Shown here: in pieces, positions 39,401-48,385 of the stretch
Position numbering within the stretch: the first letter of the stretch is position 1
Layout: each line of letters opens with the position of its first letter
Assembly (NCBI GenBank): GCA_041671225.1
Contig: JBAZBY010000001.1
Coordinates: forward strand, 494,940-558,939
DNA length: 64,000 nucleotides
Direction of reading: 5' to 3'
Origin: Patescibacteria group bacterium
GTDB taxonomy: Bacteria > Patescibacteriota > Patescibacteriia > JBAZBY01
Translations under genes and position numbers: made by a program
Notes under the pieces: generated by a model
Databases searched by the model: none
What the model was told of the DNA's origin: nothing
The model's input: only the letters and a program-made list of their open reading frames with translations

Positions 39401-40868
39401 GTCATCCTCCTATAGCGTTCCAGATCTTAACTATAACCTAGCGACAGATTTTACCCCGTTTGGAGGCATTATTCCGCCACCAGGAACTCCTGAATCATGG
39501 GATGGTGATGTGGGGCGTAATGGAAACCAGCCTCTGTATATTGAGGCTCCACAGATAAATGACCCTGCATTACAGGAACCACTGTATCAAGCTCGCGCGG
39601 GAACCCCCTATGCGTGCCTTGAGAACTGTGATGCACGGCTTTGCGCGGCAGCAGGGAATAAAACAGGAGCATTTTGTAAGAACGCCGATGATTGTGTTGG
39701 TGAGGCTGCTGGGCTACCAGTGTTTGGACGATGTATTGGAGTGGGGACATGTGAGAATACTGCACGACACTGCAACATAAATTATACTTGTCCCGCAAAA
39801 CCAGGCACAGAGCAGACCGAGCAATGTATCGGTGGTGATGCATCATATAAAGGAGGGCAGGCGTTTACTTATAATCAATCAAGTATCTGCTCGCAATCTG
39901 GTAATTATTGTTCAAAAACGAGTGTCGGCCTGTGTTATATTACGGTTAATCTCCCGGTGGGTGGACCTGTTACGCTTCCTACTGGCACATCGTGTTCAGA
40001 TCCCATAGAGTGTGCTGGACCCAACGCAACATGCGTGCCCACGCCTACTGGTGATGGAAGTGAATTCTGCGAAGGTGTTGGTGATGTTTGCACTTCTGTT
40101 TCTGGAAAGGCAACATTTGCCGTGCGCAGACTGCAGCGTCTTTTTGCAGAAAGCTATGGCGCATGGCAATGGAATAACGAGACAAGAAGGTATGAACGCC
40201 TGAACGGGAATGTGACATGGGATCCTCCTTCAAAGGTGTGTAATGTCCGGTGGTGTGAAGATAATAGTGGACGTGGATGTGTGTCAGATCTTGATTGTTC
40301 GGGTAGTACCTGTAGTCCAAACATTACGCCCGGAGTGCGTCCACCAACCTATAATGACACAGTAGCCGCTGCTGATTTGGATTATTGCGGTGTGCCGCCG
40401 CAGATATTCAATGTCTCCGTCAATGGAGAAGAAACAACAACTCGCGAGAGCGATGATATTGTGCGGTTTGAATTCAACACAACGGCGGATCCAAACCAAT
40501 TGCCACTTGAAAGCATTCTTGTGAACTGGGGCGACGGAGATGTGCAGGGACTTTCCTTCCCGTATGCGCCAAAACAGGATACGGATAACCCGCACGTATT
40601 CATCCATGCATACTCCTGTATTGATGGAACAGAAGGTGAAGATGATGGGCGGCTTGATATCTGCACCTTCAAGCCAAAGGCGCTTGTGCGTGATAATTGG
40701 GGATTCTGTAATAATTTCTGGAACAGCGATCCCACTGCTCCGTCAACCTTGAAATGCGATATTGATAATACGGATGTATGGGCGCCAAATGAATGGTTCA
40801 CAGAACCCGGCGGTAAGCAGCAAGAAGAAGTGCTGGTGATTATTAACGCGGAGACTCCGGCGCCGTAA
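36492..40868 (+). CDS. Giant (1458 aa) cysteine-rich surface protein with N-terminal FN3 domains
   Basis: TAATG stop/start overlap with the upstream gene. Signal/TM segment. FN3 at the N-terminus (PRVQSVTATSATVYWTTDAAADATVELTD). Many Cys-pairs. Confidence 0.8.
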   Translation: MTNRLYNTVFRSLLQLVVVFGGMVLFVQSVSALAINPPGPRVQSVTATSATVYWTTDAAADATVELTDTVTGTVKSSTISAPSTIHTVIVESLSPSTTYTYTVTSFDGTNTVSATGATNIVTPANIGDTTAPKLLSPGVGVSCGAVSCTAYVLYQSDELAISKVWWGLTSPPANGPLTTGIYDTNFSTSITSLSHATDYFYTIHLQDAAGNFREYGPLTFTTCAVGEIGCFSVGQCFDGTPLGSCNEKAEYCDGGTLELNCTACGYQCQIGATCKTGGACISDPPVTDNTYQCNPISCYEPDGTFTQPAGAGCFRSWPKCNSNVVLKVRNDRECKRWIDCRSSIEVKDPVSKSVQQLCTSLANCAQIDVTTGECTRFLPERQCQFNPGRFCSKNEDCAVFDEGDCLPAGTSSALTFNTNRDLGNIRYLTGAVKAGLEWSAGGAVSGQYPWAFAREDGASVNVLDNNEFEDVEEVYTRDAQGVAITKKQFTTDPWFPVGGVINAGTPQQENLELDTNGKASKITVNSENAQDLNNPNHVLWIYPNSNEFSGARAPVSGFFATDKDQYQISLRIKGTGLSDQVVLIQLLHKNTLGEFEYPEDARTYVKLTTGWQNVAFQANGVSSTTYLQIVNTFGGQCLGAGTYCREDSECPDVAFGKPGKCMGALDQVADPSPFLVDDVYIQPSLKVSNSDSIARSCRLFPRGDSLSCAYNDQNGIQYQGWRGFCLEQDPSNASKCVSWWPVDVIAGDTAVLGSFGGETQDGYAGRKPVYYCLEAAGRAMGVEIDRYQITAKYFMSRCANCTFPDFPDAGWPESTSECNGKESGGVWGESFWVCGDNESSSWDIEPDWPEYDFYQYEIDSIEVKRTNGRGEYPANFFLTEEDRHLDSSNNEYWEFVQASSSTKNLLRFQVHFDVNGKVASYSAETDDDTEDKNEPGLFLIYYHMREWCNKIVQVVDDSGQNKAWTQRLQPSSSYSVPDLNYNLATDFTPFGGIIPPPGTPESWDGDVGRNGNQPLYIEAPQINDPALQEPLYQARAGTPYACLENCDARLCAAAGNKTGAFCKNADDCVGEAAGLPVFGRCIGVGTCENTARHCNINYTCPAKPGTEQTEQCIGGDASYKGGQAFTYNQSSICSQSGNYCSKTSVGLCYITVNLPVGGPVTLPTGTSCSDPIECAGPNATCVPTPTGDGSEFCEGVGDVCTSVSGKATFAVRRLQRLFAESYGAWQWNNETRRYERLNGNVTWDPPSKVCNVRWCEDNSGRGCVSDLDCSGSTCSPNITPGVRPPTYNDTVAAADLDYCGVPPQIFNVSVNGEETTTRESDDIVRFEFNTTADPNQLPLESILVNWGDGDVQGLSFPYAPKQDTDNPHVFIHAYSCIDGTEGEDDGRLDICTFKPKALVRDNWGFCNNFWNSDPTAPSTLKCDIDNTDVWAPNEWFTEPGGKQQEEVLVIINAETPAP

Positions 40869-40869
40869 T

Positions 40870-43800
40870 ATGCAGAAACACCTGCACAATCTACGAAATA
40901 TTCTCAACCGCGTTTTTGGCATACGAGCGCCTCATAAACGCGTTGTTCTGTTGGTAGGCGTTCTGTCCGTTGCCGTAGGCGTCTTTTTTGCGTTGCAGTT
41001 CGTGAAGGCAGATGCCGGAGAAACCGTTGTTCGCATTGCAACCAATGCATTCACAAGTCTTCTTGCGGAGATCGTTATTTATATTGACAAACTTCTTGCG
41101 CGCCTGCTTGTGGTGCTTTCCAACATCATGATAGCCGCTGCGTCATATAATGATTTTGTGAATGCTCCGGCAGTTGAGAAGGGCTGGACGATCGTGCGCG
41201 ATCTCGCAAATATGTTCTTCATTGTCGTGCTTCTGGTCATTTCTTTTGGCACGATCCTTCGCATTCAGCAGTATCGCTTTCAGCAGACGTTGCCGCGCTT
41301 CATCATTTGGGCGGTACTCATCAACTTTTCCAAGTTCATCGCCGGCGTGTGGATCGATTTTGCGCAGGTCATCACGCTGACGTTTGTGAATGCATTTAGA
41401 GATGCCGCTGCGGGGAATATCGTGGATGCCTTTGGGTTGCGCGAGATGCTCACCTTTTTGAATGATGGATCCACGATCAGCGCAGATGCAGGCGATGTTC
41501 TTGGTGCGGTTATCCTTTCGCTCGCGTTGCTCATCATTGCAAACGTCGTTATTTTTTCTCTTGCAATCACCTTTCTTTTTCGCATCGTTGCCTTGTGGCT
41601 CTTGGTGGTGCTCTCTCCGATCGCGTATGTGACGCGCACGTTTCCGAATGCGACAAAGTATTCTGATCAGTGGTGGACAATGTTCAACAAATATGTGATG
41701 ACCGGCCCTGTGCTTGCCTTCTTTATTTGGCTCGCCTTGACGATTATCGCGACGCCGGGACCGGATAATCTCCCTTATTTGCAGGGCGTCGTCGGCACTA
41801 TTGATGATGCGACCCAGACAGCCGGGTATGACGTTGTTAATGCGACCAGTGCCGGCGGTTATGGACTTGCCGCGTCAATCAGCGCAATTAGCAGTAGCGA
41901 TCGCCTGCTTTCTTTTATACTTTCGATCGGGCTTTTTATCTCAGCTTTGATGGCGACGCAACAGCTTGGTGTGATGGGCAGCGGCGTCGCTGGTTCCGCG
42001 CTGAAGGGCATTCAGAAGGGCGCGCTGGGGACCGCACGCTGGGTTGCGCGGAGACCAGGAGCCATGGGTTCATGGACTGCAAGAAAGATCAAGGCGGGTC
42101 GCGCGCCAGGGCCGCTGAAGAGACTTGCTGGCGTTGATTTTAACCCCGCCAATTTTGTGCGAGGCGTTCGCAAGGGTATGGCAAACAAGCGCATTGAAGA
42201 AGAACTGGAAGGTACGCGCGAATCTGGCGCCAAGGCAAGGCAATCCGGGGGACTCAAAGCTGCGATTTATGCCGGGGGAACCCCAGAAGATTTTCAGCGG
42301 GAATACATGAGCGGATTCATCTATAATCGCGGGCTTCAACGTTTGGGCATGAATGCTTCAGAAAAAGCCGAATCGATCAGAACACAGGCTTTGGAAGAAA
42401 AAAAGAAAAAAGAATCCCTTGAGATGCTTGCGCAAACTCCGGATCCCGAGACCTACATGGAGAATGATTTGAATAGCAGGATAGATATTCATGAACAGGA
42501 ATTAAAAGCGAAAACTAATCAGATCGAGGAAGGCGATACTATTGAGAAAAGGCTTCTTGTTCGCCGAGATGCACTTGAGAAGCTGAAAAAGCCAAAAGAG
42601 GGGCAAGCAGTAGACCAAAATAAGGTCGAAGCTGAAGAGGCAGCTATTGCGGACTTGGAAGTGAAAAAACAGACCTTCTTGGAGAATAAAAAGAATTTTG
42701 GGGAACAGTGGGAGGAGGATAGAGCTGCTTTGGACACAGAATTGACGGCATTGAAGACACAGCGGGCTTCGGTTTTTGGCGTAGGAGCAGACGGTACGCC
42801 AGCGCTGGACCCGAACGACAGATATACAGCAGCCATGCAGTATGTTGAGGAGCAACACCAAAAGAAGGTCGTAGAACGAGACCGCGTTCAACGCGGCGGC
42901 ATTACTGACGCACAAATAGAAGAGCGCAAGGCTCTGATACGAGCAGCACGGCAGAAGGACAGAACAGCAGCAAAGGAACAAGATTCTCTTATTGAAAAAA
43001 AGGATACTGCGCATCCTGAGGAGCTTGCAAAGCTCAATGCGCAGCTTGAAGAGTTGCAGAAATTACGGGAGGGCATTGCAGCATGGATGGCGCGAATTGA
43101 TGATGGCGGGAAAACGCGATTAACACGTGACGATTATAAGAACCATCAACAGACATTGGGCGAGGGCAGGGAGACAGAAGATGAGAGGTTCAAAAAGGAA
43201 GAAATAGACGTTGATGGCAAAAAAACTGGGCGCACCATGGGCGAGGCGTTGATTAAGGGATTAAATGAGGCATTGACCGAAGACACAGAGCAGCTCGATG
43301 CCATGAGAACCATTACAGAGGCACAGCGGGAGCAATATAGAATACTGGCCGCAGAAGCAGGCACAGCACAGAAGAAATTGGAAGATAAGGCCATGGAAGC
43401 ATCAAAATGGGTGTTTCAGGACTTTAGCGCTCGCGCCGCGGGCCGCACTGCCGCGTCTATTGCAGCCAAAAATGTTGATACAGAAAATGAACATGAGCTT
43501 ATCCAGCTTTTTAAATCTGCATTGAATAATGATGACAAAGGTTTGGCAGAAGCAGTGATGCGGGAAGCAGCAGCAGTGGGGCACTTGAATGAATTGGTGA
43601 ATGCAGAGGGATTCATCGCGAACCAGGACGGGCTTAATCAGTTTGTTAATAAGACCCTTGTTGATAAGCTCGGCATGGACAAGCAAATTGCTTATGGCAT
43701 CCAGAATGACGCTTCAGAAATGGCGCAGCGAATTAATCACTGGACCTTTGCGCAATCTGTCGGCGTCAAGAGCGGACAATATTATCAACGCACTCCGTAT

Positions 43801-44205
43801 GAACAGGGAATGCGTTCAGCAGTTGAAATGTCCAAGAAGGATCCTGAAGGTGTTGTGCGGCAATCGAACCGCCTTGGGTATGGAGGGGAGGATCCCAGCG
43901 GAGCTTTTCATATCTCTGAAGTAGGTTTGCATATGATCGCAAAAGGATATAAATCCATTCAAAGCCAGTTTAGTCGCGGCCGCTATAACCGCAGCGCAGC
44001 AATGAAACTCGTTACCCCGGAGACCTTCTCAAGACTGCAGAGCCTTATGTATACGGATCTCATCGATGACAAGCGGCTTTACAGAAAGTTCTTGAATGAA
44101 TTGCTCTCATATGCGGCAGGCTCTGCAGACACGCTGGGTGCAGAAAGCAGGGCAGTGAGTAGGCTGCTTGATCACGCGGTGCCTCGGGATCTTCCAAACG
44201 TTTAA
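40870..44205 (+). CDS. VirB6/TrbL-like polytopic membrane protein with long coiled-coil hydrophilic C-terminal extension
   Basis: N-terminal about 330 aa with at least 6 TM helices and an early periplasmic loop, as in VirB6/TrbL. The remaining roughly 780 aa are charged and heptad-rich (EELQKLREGIAAW..., KKLEDKAME...). Confidence 0.65.
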   Translation: MQKHLHNLRNILNRVFGIRAPHKRVVLLVGVLSVAVGVFFALQFVKADAGETVVRIATNAFTSLLAEIVIYIDKLLARLLVVLSNIMIAAASYNDFVNAPAVEKGWTIVRDLANMFFIVVLLVISFGTILRIQQYRFQQTLPRFIIWAVLINFSKFIAGVWIDFAQVITLTFVNAFRDAAAGNIVDAFGLREMLTFLNDGSTISADAGDVLGAVILSLALLIIANVVIFSLAITFLFRIVALWLLVVLSPIAYVTRTFPNATKYSDQWWTMFNKYVMTGPVLAFFIWLALTIIATPGPDNLPYLQGVVGTIDDATQTAGYDVVNATSAGGYGLAASISAISSSDRLLSFILSIGLFISALMATQQLGVMGSGVAGSALKGIQKGALGTARWVARRPGAMGSWTARKIKAGRAPGPLKRLAGVDFNPANFVRGVRKGMANKRIEEELEGTRESGAKARQSGGLKAAIYAGGTPEDFQREYMSGFIYNRGLQRLGMNASEKAESIRTQALEEKKKKESLEMLAQTPDPETYMENDLNSRIDIHEQELKAKTNQIEEGDTIEKRLLVRRDALEKLKKPKEGQAVDQNKVEAEEAAIADLEVKKQTFLENKKNFGEQWEEDRAALDTELTALKTQRASVFGVGADGTPALDPNDRYTAAMQYVEEQHQKKVVERDRVQRGGITDAQIEERKALIRAARQKDRTAAKEQDSLIEKKDTAHPEELAKLNAQLEELQKLREGIAAWMARIDDGGKTRLTRDDYKNHQQTLGEGRETEDERFKKEEIDVDGKKTGRTMGEALIKGLNEALTEDTEQLDAMRTITEAQREQYRILAAEAGTAQKKLEDKAMEASKWVFQDFSARAAGRTAASIAAKNVDTENEHELIQLFKSALNNDDKGLAEAVMREAAAVGHLNELVNAEGFIANQDGLNQFVNKTLVDKLGMDKQIAYGIQNDASEMAQRINHWTFAQSVGVKSGQYYQRTPYEQGMRSAVEMSKKDPEGVVRQSNRLGYGGEDPSGAFHISEVGLHMIAKGYKSIQSQFSRGRYNRSAAMKLVTPETFSRLQSLMYTDLIDDKRLYRKFLNELLSYAAGSADTLGAESRAVSRLLDHAVPRDLPNV

Positions 44206-44219
44206 TCATTATCTCGCGT

Positions 44220-45575
44220 ATGGCAGTTGTAACTGACAAAGCACTAGAGGACGAAAATATTCTCCGCGAACTCAAGGAGAGCATGGATGATATTCTTCTT
44301 TTTGATGATGTGGTCACTGCGGAGAAAGCCATGGTGAATTTGGAGACCTTTTTCTCCGAGTATAAGAATTTTCGCAACAAAAATCCGCAACTGTATGCGC
44401 GTTATCAGGATATATTGACGCTCGCGCGATGGGTTTCCCTCGCTGCGCTGAATGATGACAAAGTGGTTCGTTTGTTTCATGAAGATTTGCCGATCATTCT
44501 TCGCCACGGCGAATATGACATTTTCAACAAACTTGATCTCCTGCTCATCAAGCAGAGCACGCTAGAACGGCGTGATGAGATTCGTGGAAAGTTGCGCCAG
44601 GCAATGATCACGAGTGAGGCTGATCTCACCACAGCCGCCATTAAGAAGCAGGAAAGCTTGGTAGCAGGAACGGTCGGGGGGTGGATAAATGATTATAATG
44701 CGTTTGTTGGTGCAGAAAAAAAGCAAATAGATAGCATGAAGCGCACGACATACTTTGTGCAAAGCCCAACACTGCCGAAGATATCTGAGAATGAGAAGAT
44801 TCTTGTTCGACGCATGCTTGATATCTATGAATATTTGAAGCTTTCATCCGGGGATCTCATTGGGTTTGAAGAAAAGATTCCGATCGATGATGAAGGAACT
44901 GAAGGGTGGGTCTATCGTGGGTCCTTTCAACCGATCGATAAGAATATCGTCAATGAGTATCGCGCTCTCATGCGGAGTATTCAGGAAGATGTCCAGCGCA
45001 CCGCATCATCAGGAGAAGCGGCAACTGGCGCAGAGCAAGGAAACATCCAAAAGGAGATCATTGCCGCGCAGCAAAAGTATCAAAAACTGCTCATGGCAGT
45101 CCACAATGAGGAGAAGCAACTCATAAAAGAAGCAGAAGGAAAGACTGACATGCTTTTTGACATTCTCTTTGACGAGAATCTTAAGGCAAGTTCCATGAAG
45201 AAAGTTGGGGCGCTTGTTGCCTGTGCGCGCATGACGGCTCTTGATGAACTTTTTCAGGATGCGCGCGCCGCGCTGTATGTTGAAAGCCATGTGTTGCCGC
45301 ATATTCTGGAGGGAAAAGTTTCCACAAAAGCATTGCAAGAGGATTTTAAACGTAAAAAGTTTTCCCCCGCGTATAAAAAGGAATTACTGAAGGCGCTGTT
45401 GCAAGACGCCTTGAAGAAGGAAGAAGACGCAGCAATGCTGTATCAGCAGATTGTGAACCTTGCCGGTGATAAAGATCAGGCGGATTTATTGGGCGGGAGT
45501 TTCTACAATGTTTCTCTGCATCAGTACAGCTTTCAAGCAAGCGCCTGGAGAGACGACGGGCTTGTCAATGCATAG
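44220..45575 (+). CDS. Hypothetical protein within the T4SS-like locus
   Basis: 451 aa, co-directional and tightly spaced; no motif recognised. Confidence 0.6.
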   Translation: MAVVTDKALEDENILRELKESMDDILLFDDVVTAEKAMVNLETFFSEYKNFRNKNPQLYARYQDILTLARWVSLAALNDDKVVRLFHEDLPIILRHGEYDIFNKLDLLLIKQSTLERRDEIRGKLRQAMITSEADLTTAAIKKQESLVAGTVGGWINDYNAFVGAEKKQIDSMKRTTYFVQSPTLPKISENEKILVRRMLDIYEYLKLSSGDLIGFEEKIPIDDEGTEGWVYRGSFQPIDKNIVNEYRALMRSIQEDVQRTASSGEAATGAEQGNIQKEIIAAQQKYQKLLMAVHNEEKQLIKEAEGKTDMLFDILFDENLKASSMKKVGALVACARMTALDELFQDARAALYVESHVLPHILEGKVSTKALQEDFKRKKFSPAYKKELLKALLQDALKKEEDAAMLYQQIVNLAGDKDQADLLGGSFYNVSLHQYSFQASAWRDDGLVNA

Positions 45576-45577
45576 GT

Positions 45578-45877
45578 ATGAATATTTCGATCCCTCAGCC
45601 GGCATATCAGCCAGTAGTGCTTCTTCGTGCTGCAGGATATGCGCCATTTCGCGACCCAAAGACCGGTGAAGGTTCATTTGTGCGGCGACTTGGCACAGAA
45701 TTTTATCCGCGATTCCATATTTATGTGATAAAGGACACGGATGATGTTTTGGACCTTACGCTGCATTTGGATCAACGGCGCCCAAGCTATACTGGCAGCC
45801 GCGCACACAATGGTGAGTACGACGGACCGCAGATTGAGGCGGAGAGGACGAGGATTCTTTCACGTATTCCACAGTAA
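45578..45877 (+). CDS. Hypothetical small protein
   Basis: 99 aa ORF starting 3 nt after the upstream stop; no motif recognised. Confidence 0.4.
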   Translation: MNISIPQPAYQPVVLLRAAGYAPFRDPKTGEGSFVRRLGTEFYPRFHIYVIKDTDDVLDLTLHLDQRRPSYTGSRAHNGEYDGPQIEAERTRILSRIPQ

Positions 45878-45882
45878 GCAGC

Positions 45883-45911
45883 ATAAATATATTGCGGAGA
45901 TGCGGTGTTTT
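45883..45911 (+). promoter_or_regulatory. Promoter-like element with extended -10 (TTGCGG-17-TGgTATAAT)
   Basis: TTGCGG 45883-45888, 17-nt spacer, TATAAT 45906-45911 preceded by TGG. Confidence 0.4.
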
Positions 45912-46018
45912 TGGTATAATCAGCGCATACAACATGGATATTTTCATCTGCATTTCCTATAAAAATCCCGCAAAAGCAGATGAAAGGGGGCGGTACGGTT
46001 TTATGATGACTGCACTCG

Positions 46019-46046
46019 TCCCGGAAAGGCCGGGATTTCTTTTTTC
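46019..46046 (+). terminator. Rho-independent terminator (TCCCGG-AAAGG-CCGGGA then TTTCTTTTTT)
   Basis: Clean GC stem plus a run of T. It sits only about 100 nt downstream of the promoter at 45883-45911 and just before the gene at 46053. Confidence 0.6.
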
Positions 46047-46052
46047 AATCAA

Positions 46053-47912
46053 ATGATAGACGCAGCAACGCTTGCGACTATAGACCTCAAAACAACTGAG
46101 GGCGAGGAAGCAGTGCGCCGTATCGTTCATGATACGGTACGGTTTGGCGAGGCGCGAGCAGCGTTTCGTACTGCACAGGCACTGACCGTACGCATCAAGG
46201 GAGAAGGCACGCTTGAGAGGCAGTATGCTCAGTTATTAGCGCTTCTGAAGGCCGCGGCTCTCCCACTTTTAAGCGACGAAGGGGCGGTTACCGTCTTTGG
46301 GGAGTATTTACCGTATATTTTGAGTCAGCCGGATATTGACCTTATCCATGGTCTTCGCATGAGGGCGATTGGCATGCCAGAAGAGGATCTCCGCAGATTT
46401 TTTGCCGATGTCATAAGCGCAATGGCCGCAGCGCAGACTGCACTCACAGATGTGCCATTACAAATGGATGATGGTTCAGCGCGCCCACCAACACTTGCAA
46501 GCTGGATTATGGTTTTGCGCATCGCATTGCAAGACAGTTCCGCTGAAAAGGTTGCCTCAAGCCCGCTTCTTGAGAAGCTTACGGGTGAAGACAAGCAGAA
46601 GGTGCTGCGATTGACGCATCTTGTGGCCATTGTTGAGAAACTTGCCAAGGGCGAGATGCAGCCTGAAGGAATTATGATTCGTGAAGCAAATGGAAGCATG
46701 AAAGTGCTTTCAGAAGGTGGCGCTGTTCCGGTAATGGGAACCGCGCTTCCTGCAGCAGCACCTCTTCAAGAAGAACCGCCTCTACCCCAACCAGAACACA
46801 CAGAGCAACCAGCCGAGACTGTTCCAACACCAGAGCCAACACCAGAGCCAGAGGCGCCGCCCATTCCTGTTTCAAAACCAACACTTCCGCCTCAAGCGGT
46901 AGCCTCGCCAGCGGCTCCTGCTGAACTAGGTCCGATTGCACAAACGCAATATTCACTTGATGACGAAGAAGAGATCCAGCGGCACATGGAGCGTTTACGT
47001 GATATTGGAAGTGAGCCGTCCGCGGATCAGGTACTTGATGCAAAGGTTGCAGATTTGATACGCGAACAGAATCTGCAGTTTGATGATGAGAATCTGAAAA
47101 GTCGTTTTCAGATGATGATCAAAACATACATCAAGGGCATCCGTAATGGCGTAGAAACCGAAGAAATTCTTTGCCGCCCCGAAAAAATTGGCGGTATGGG
47201 ATATGACAAAGAGCAGGCGCACGCCATTATGGAATCAGCAAAGAAGCAGATTGCAAAACGCAAGGATGATGCCGGTGTGAGGGAACTTGTTGAGGAGGCG
47301 CGCACGATCGAAGAAGCTCCGGAGGGCATGCCATCTGCACCAACCATCCCTTCTGCGCCGCAAGTGCCCATCGTTCCTCCTATTGTCATGCCGGAAAAGC
47401 CAAAGATTGAGACAACAACGCAGAACATCCCAACATCAGTACCAGTTGTACCAGATCCACAAAAGAATGCGGGAGCATCTATCGAGAAACGGGCAGTGAC
47501 GTTTTCGCAATCCGGGGGGAGCGGACTTTTTCGCCGCGCACGTGGCCTGAAGCCGGCAGTGGACGATATTAAGGCACCAAAAAAATTAGCCGGTCCAACA
47601 GAGGAGATTCGCTCTATGTCATTAGAAGACTTTCAGAAGTTGGGACCAACGCCGCGAGATCGGGTTCAGAAACTTTTTAGCCGCTTTGTTTCACTCCAGA
47701 AGGAATCCTTTGCGTTGCGCATGGAAGGCGTGAGCGCCTGGCGCAAGAGCCCCGTGTACCAACAATATCTGGATATTGGCGGTGAGAGTATGAATACGAG
47801 TCAAAGTATTGCCGATGTTATTGCCGCCCGGGTACAAAAGGGTATGCCAACACTCACCACAGATGATTTTCATTATATTGCCGACTTAAACCGGCAGCTC
47901 CAGTTCCACTAA
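46053..47912 (+). CDS. Hypothetical protein with a central Pro-rich linker
   Basis: 619 aa; PEPTPEPEAPPIPVSKPTLPPQ linker between two alpha-rich regions. Confidence 0.6.
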   Translation: MIDAATLATIDLKTTEGEEAVRRIVHDTVRFGEARAAFRTAQALTVRIKGEGTLERQYAQLLALLKAAALPLLSDEGAVTVFGEYLPYILSQPDIDLIHGLRMRAIGMPEEDLRRFFADVISAMAAAQTALTDVPLQMDDGSARPPTLASWIMVLRIALQDSSAEKVASSPLLEKLTGEDKQKVLRLTHLVAIVEKLAKGEMQPEGIMIREANGSMKVLSEGGAVPVMGTALPAAAPLQEEPPLPQPEHTEQPAETVPTPEPTPEPEAPPIPVSKPTLPPQAVASPAAPAELGPIAQTQYSLDDEEEIQRHMERLRDIGSEPSADQVLDAKVADLIREQNLQFDDENLKSRFQMMIKTYIKGIRNGVETEEILCRPEKIGGMGYDKEQAHAIMESAKKQIAKRKDDAGVRELVEEARTIEEAPEGMPSAPTIPSAPQVPIVPPIVMPEKPKIETTTQNIPTSVPVVPDPQKNAGASIEKRAVTFSQSGGSGLFRRARGLKPAVDDIKAPKKLAGPTEEIRSMSLEDFQKLGPTPRDRVQKLFSRFVSLQKESFALRMEGVSAWRKSPVYQQYLDIGGESMNTSQSIADVIAARVQKGMPTLTTDDFHYIADLNRQLQFH

Positions 47913-47921
47913 GGAATATAT

Positions 47922-48383
47922 ATGCCAATGCAGTTCATCGTTCCGCAGTTCATCGATGTTGAGGATAAGATCCTTGGTCCTCTTTCTGTGCGGCAGTTTA
48001 TTATGTTTCTTGTGGGCGCGGCGCTTATTTATATCGACTATGAATTGATGTATCACCTTGCTGGTAATTTTTGGTTCTTTCTTGTTTCAGCGATTGCGCT
48101 CTTTGGACTTACGGGAGTGTTCGCCTTTTTGAGAATCAACGGCAGACCTTTTCATTGGTTTTTATTGGCGATCATCGTGAATTTTCGCGACCCAAAATTA
48201 CGTATCTGGTCAAAATATGTTCCGAACGACGAATTAAAGCGAAAGAAGGAAAAAATTGATAACGGACCGGATATTCCCATGAAGCCTGGCGTGACGCAAT
48301 CTCAGCTGCAACGTCTTGCGCTTATTGTGGATACCGGCGGCGCGTTTACTGATGATGTCCCCGAAAAAAAACCTAAGAGGTAA
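47922..48383 (+). CDS. VirB3/PrgI-like small membrane protein
   Basis: 153 aa with two TM helices (FIMFLVGAALIYIDYELMY; FWFFLVSAIALFGLTGVFAFL). Lies immediately upstream of VirB4, the conserved VirB3 position. Confidence 0.55.
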   Translation: MPMQFIVPQFIDVEDKILGPLSVRQFIMFLVGAALIYIDYELMYHLAGNFWFFLVSAIALFGLTGVFAFLRINGRPFHWFLLAIIVNFRDPKLRIWSKYVPNDELKRKKEKIDNGPDIPMKPGVTQSQLQRLALIVDTGGAFTDDVPEKKPKR

Positions 48384-48385
48384 TT

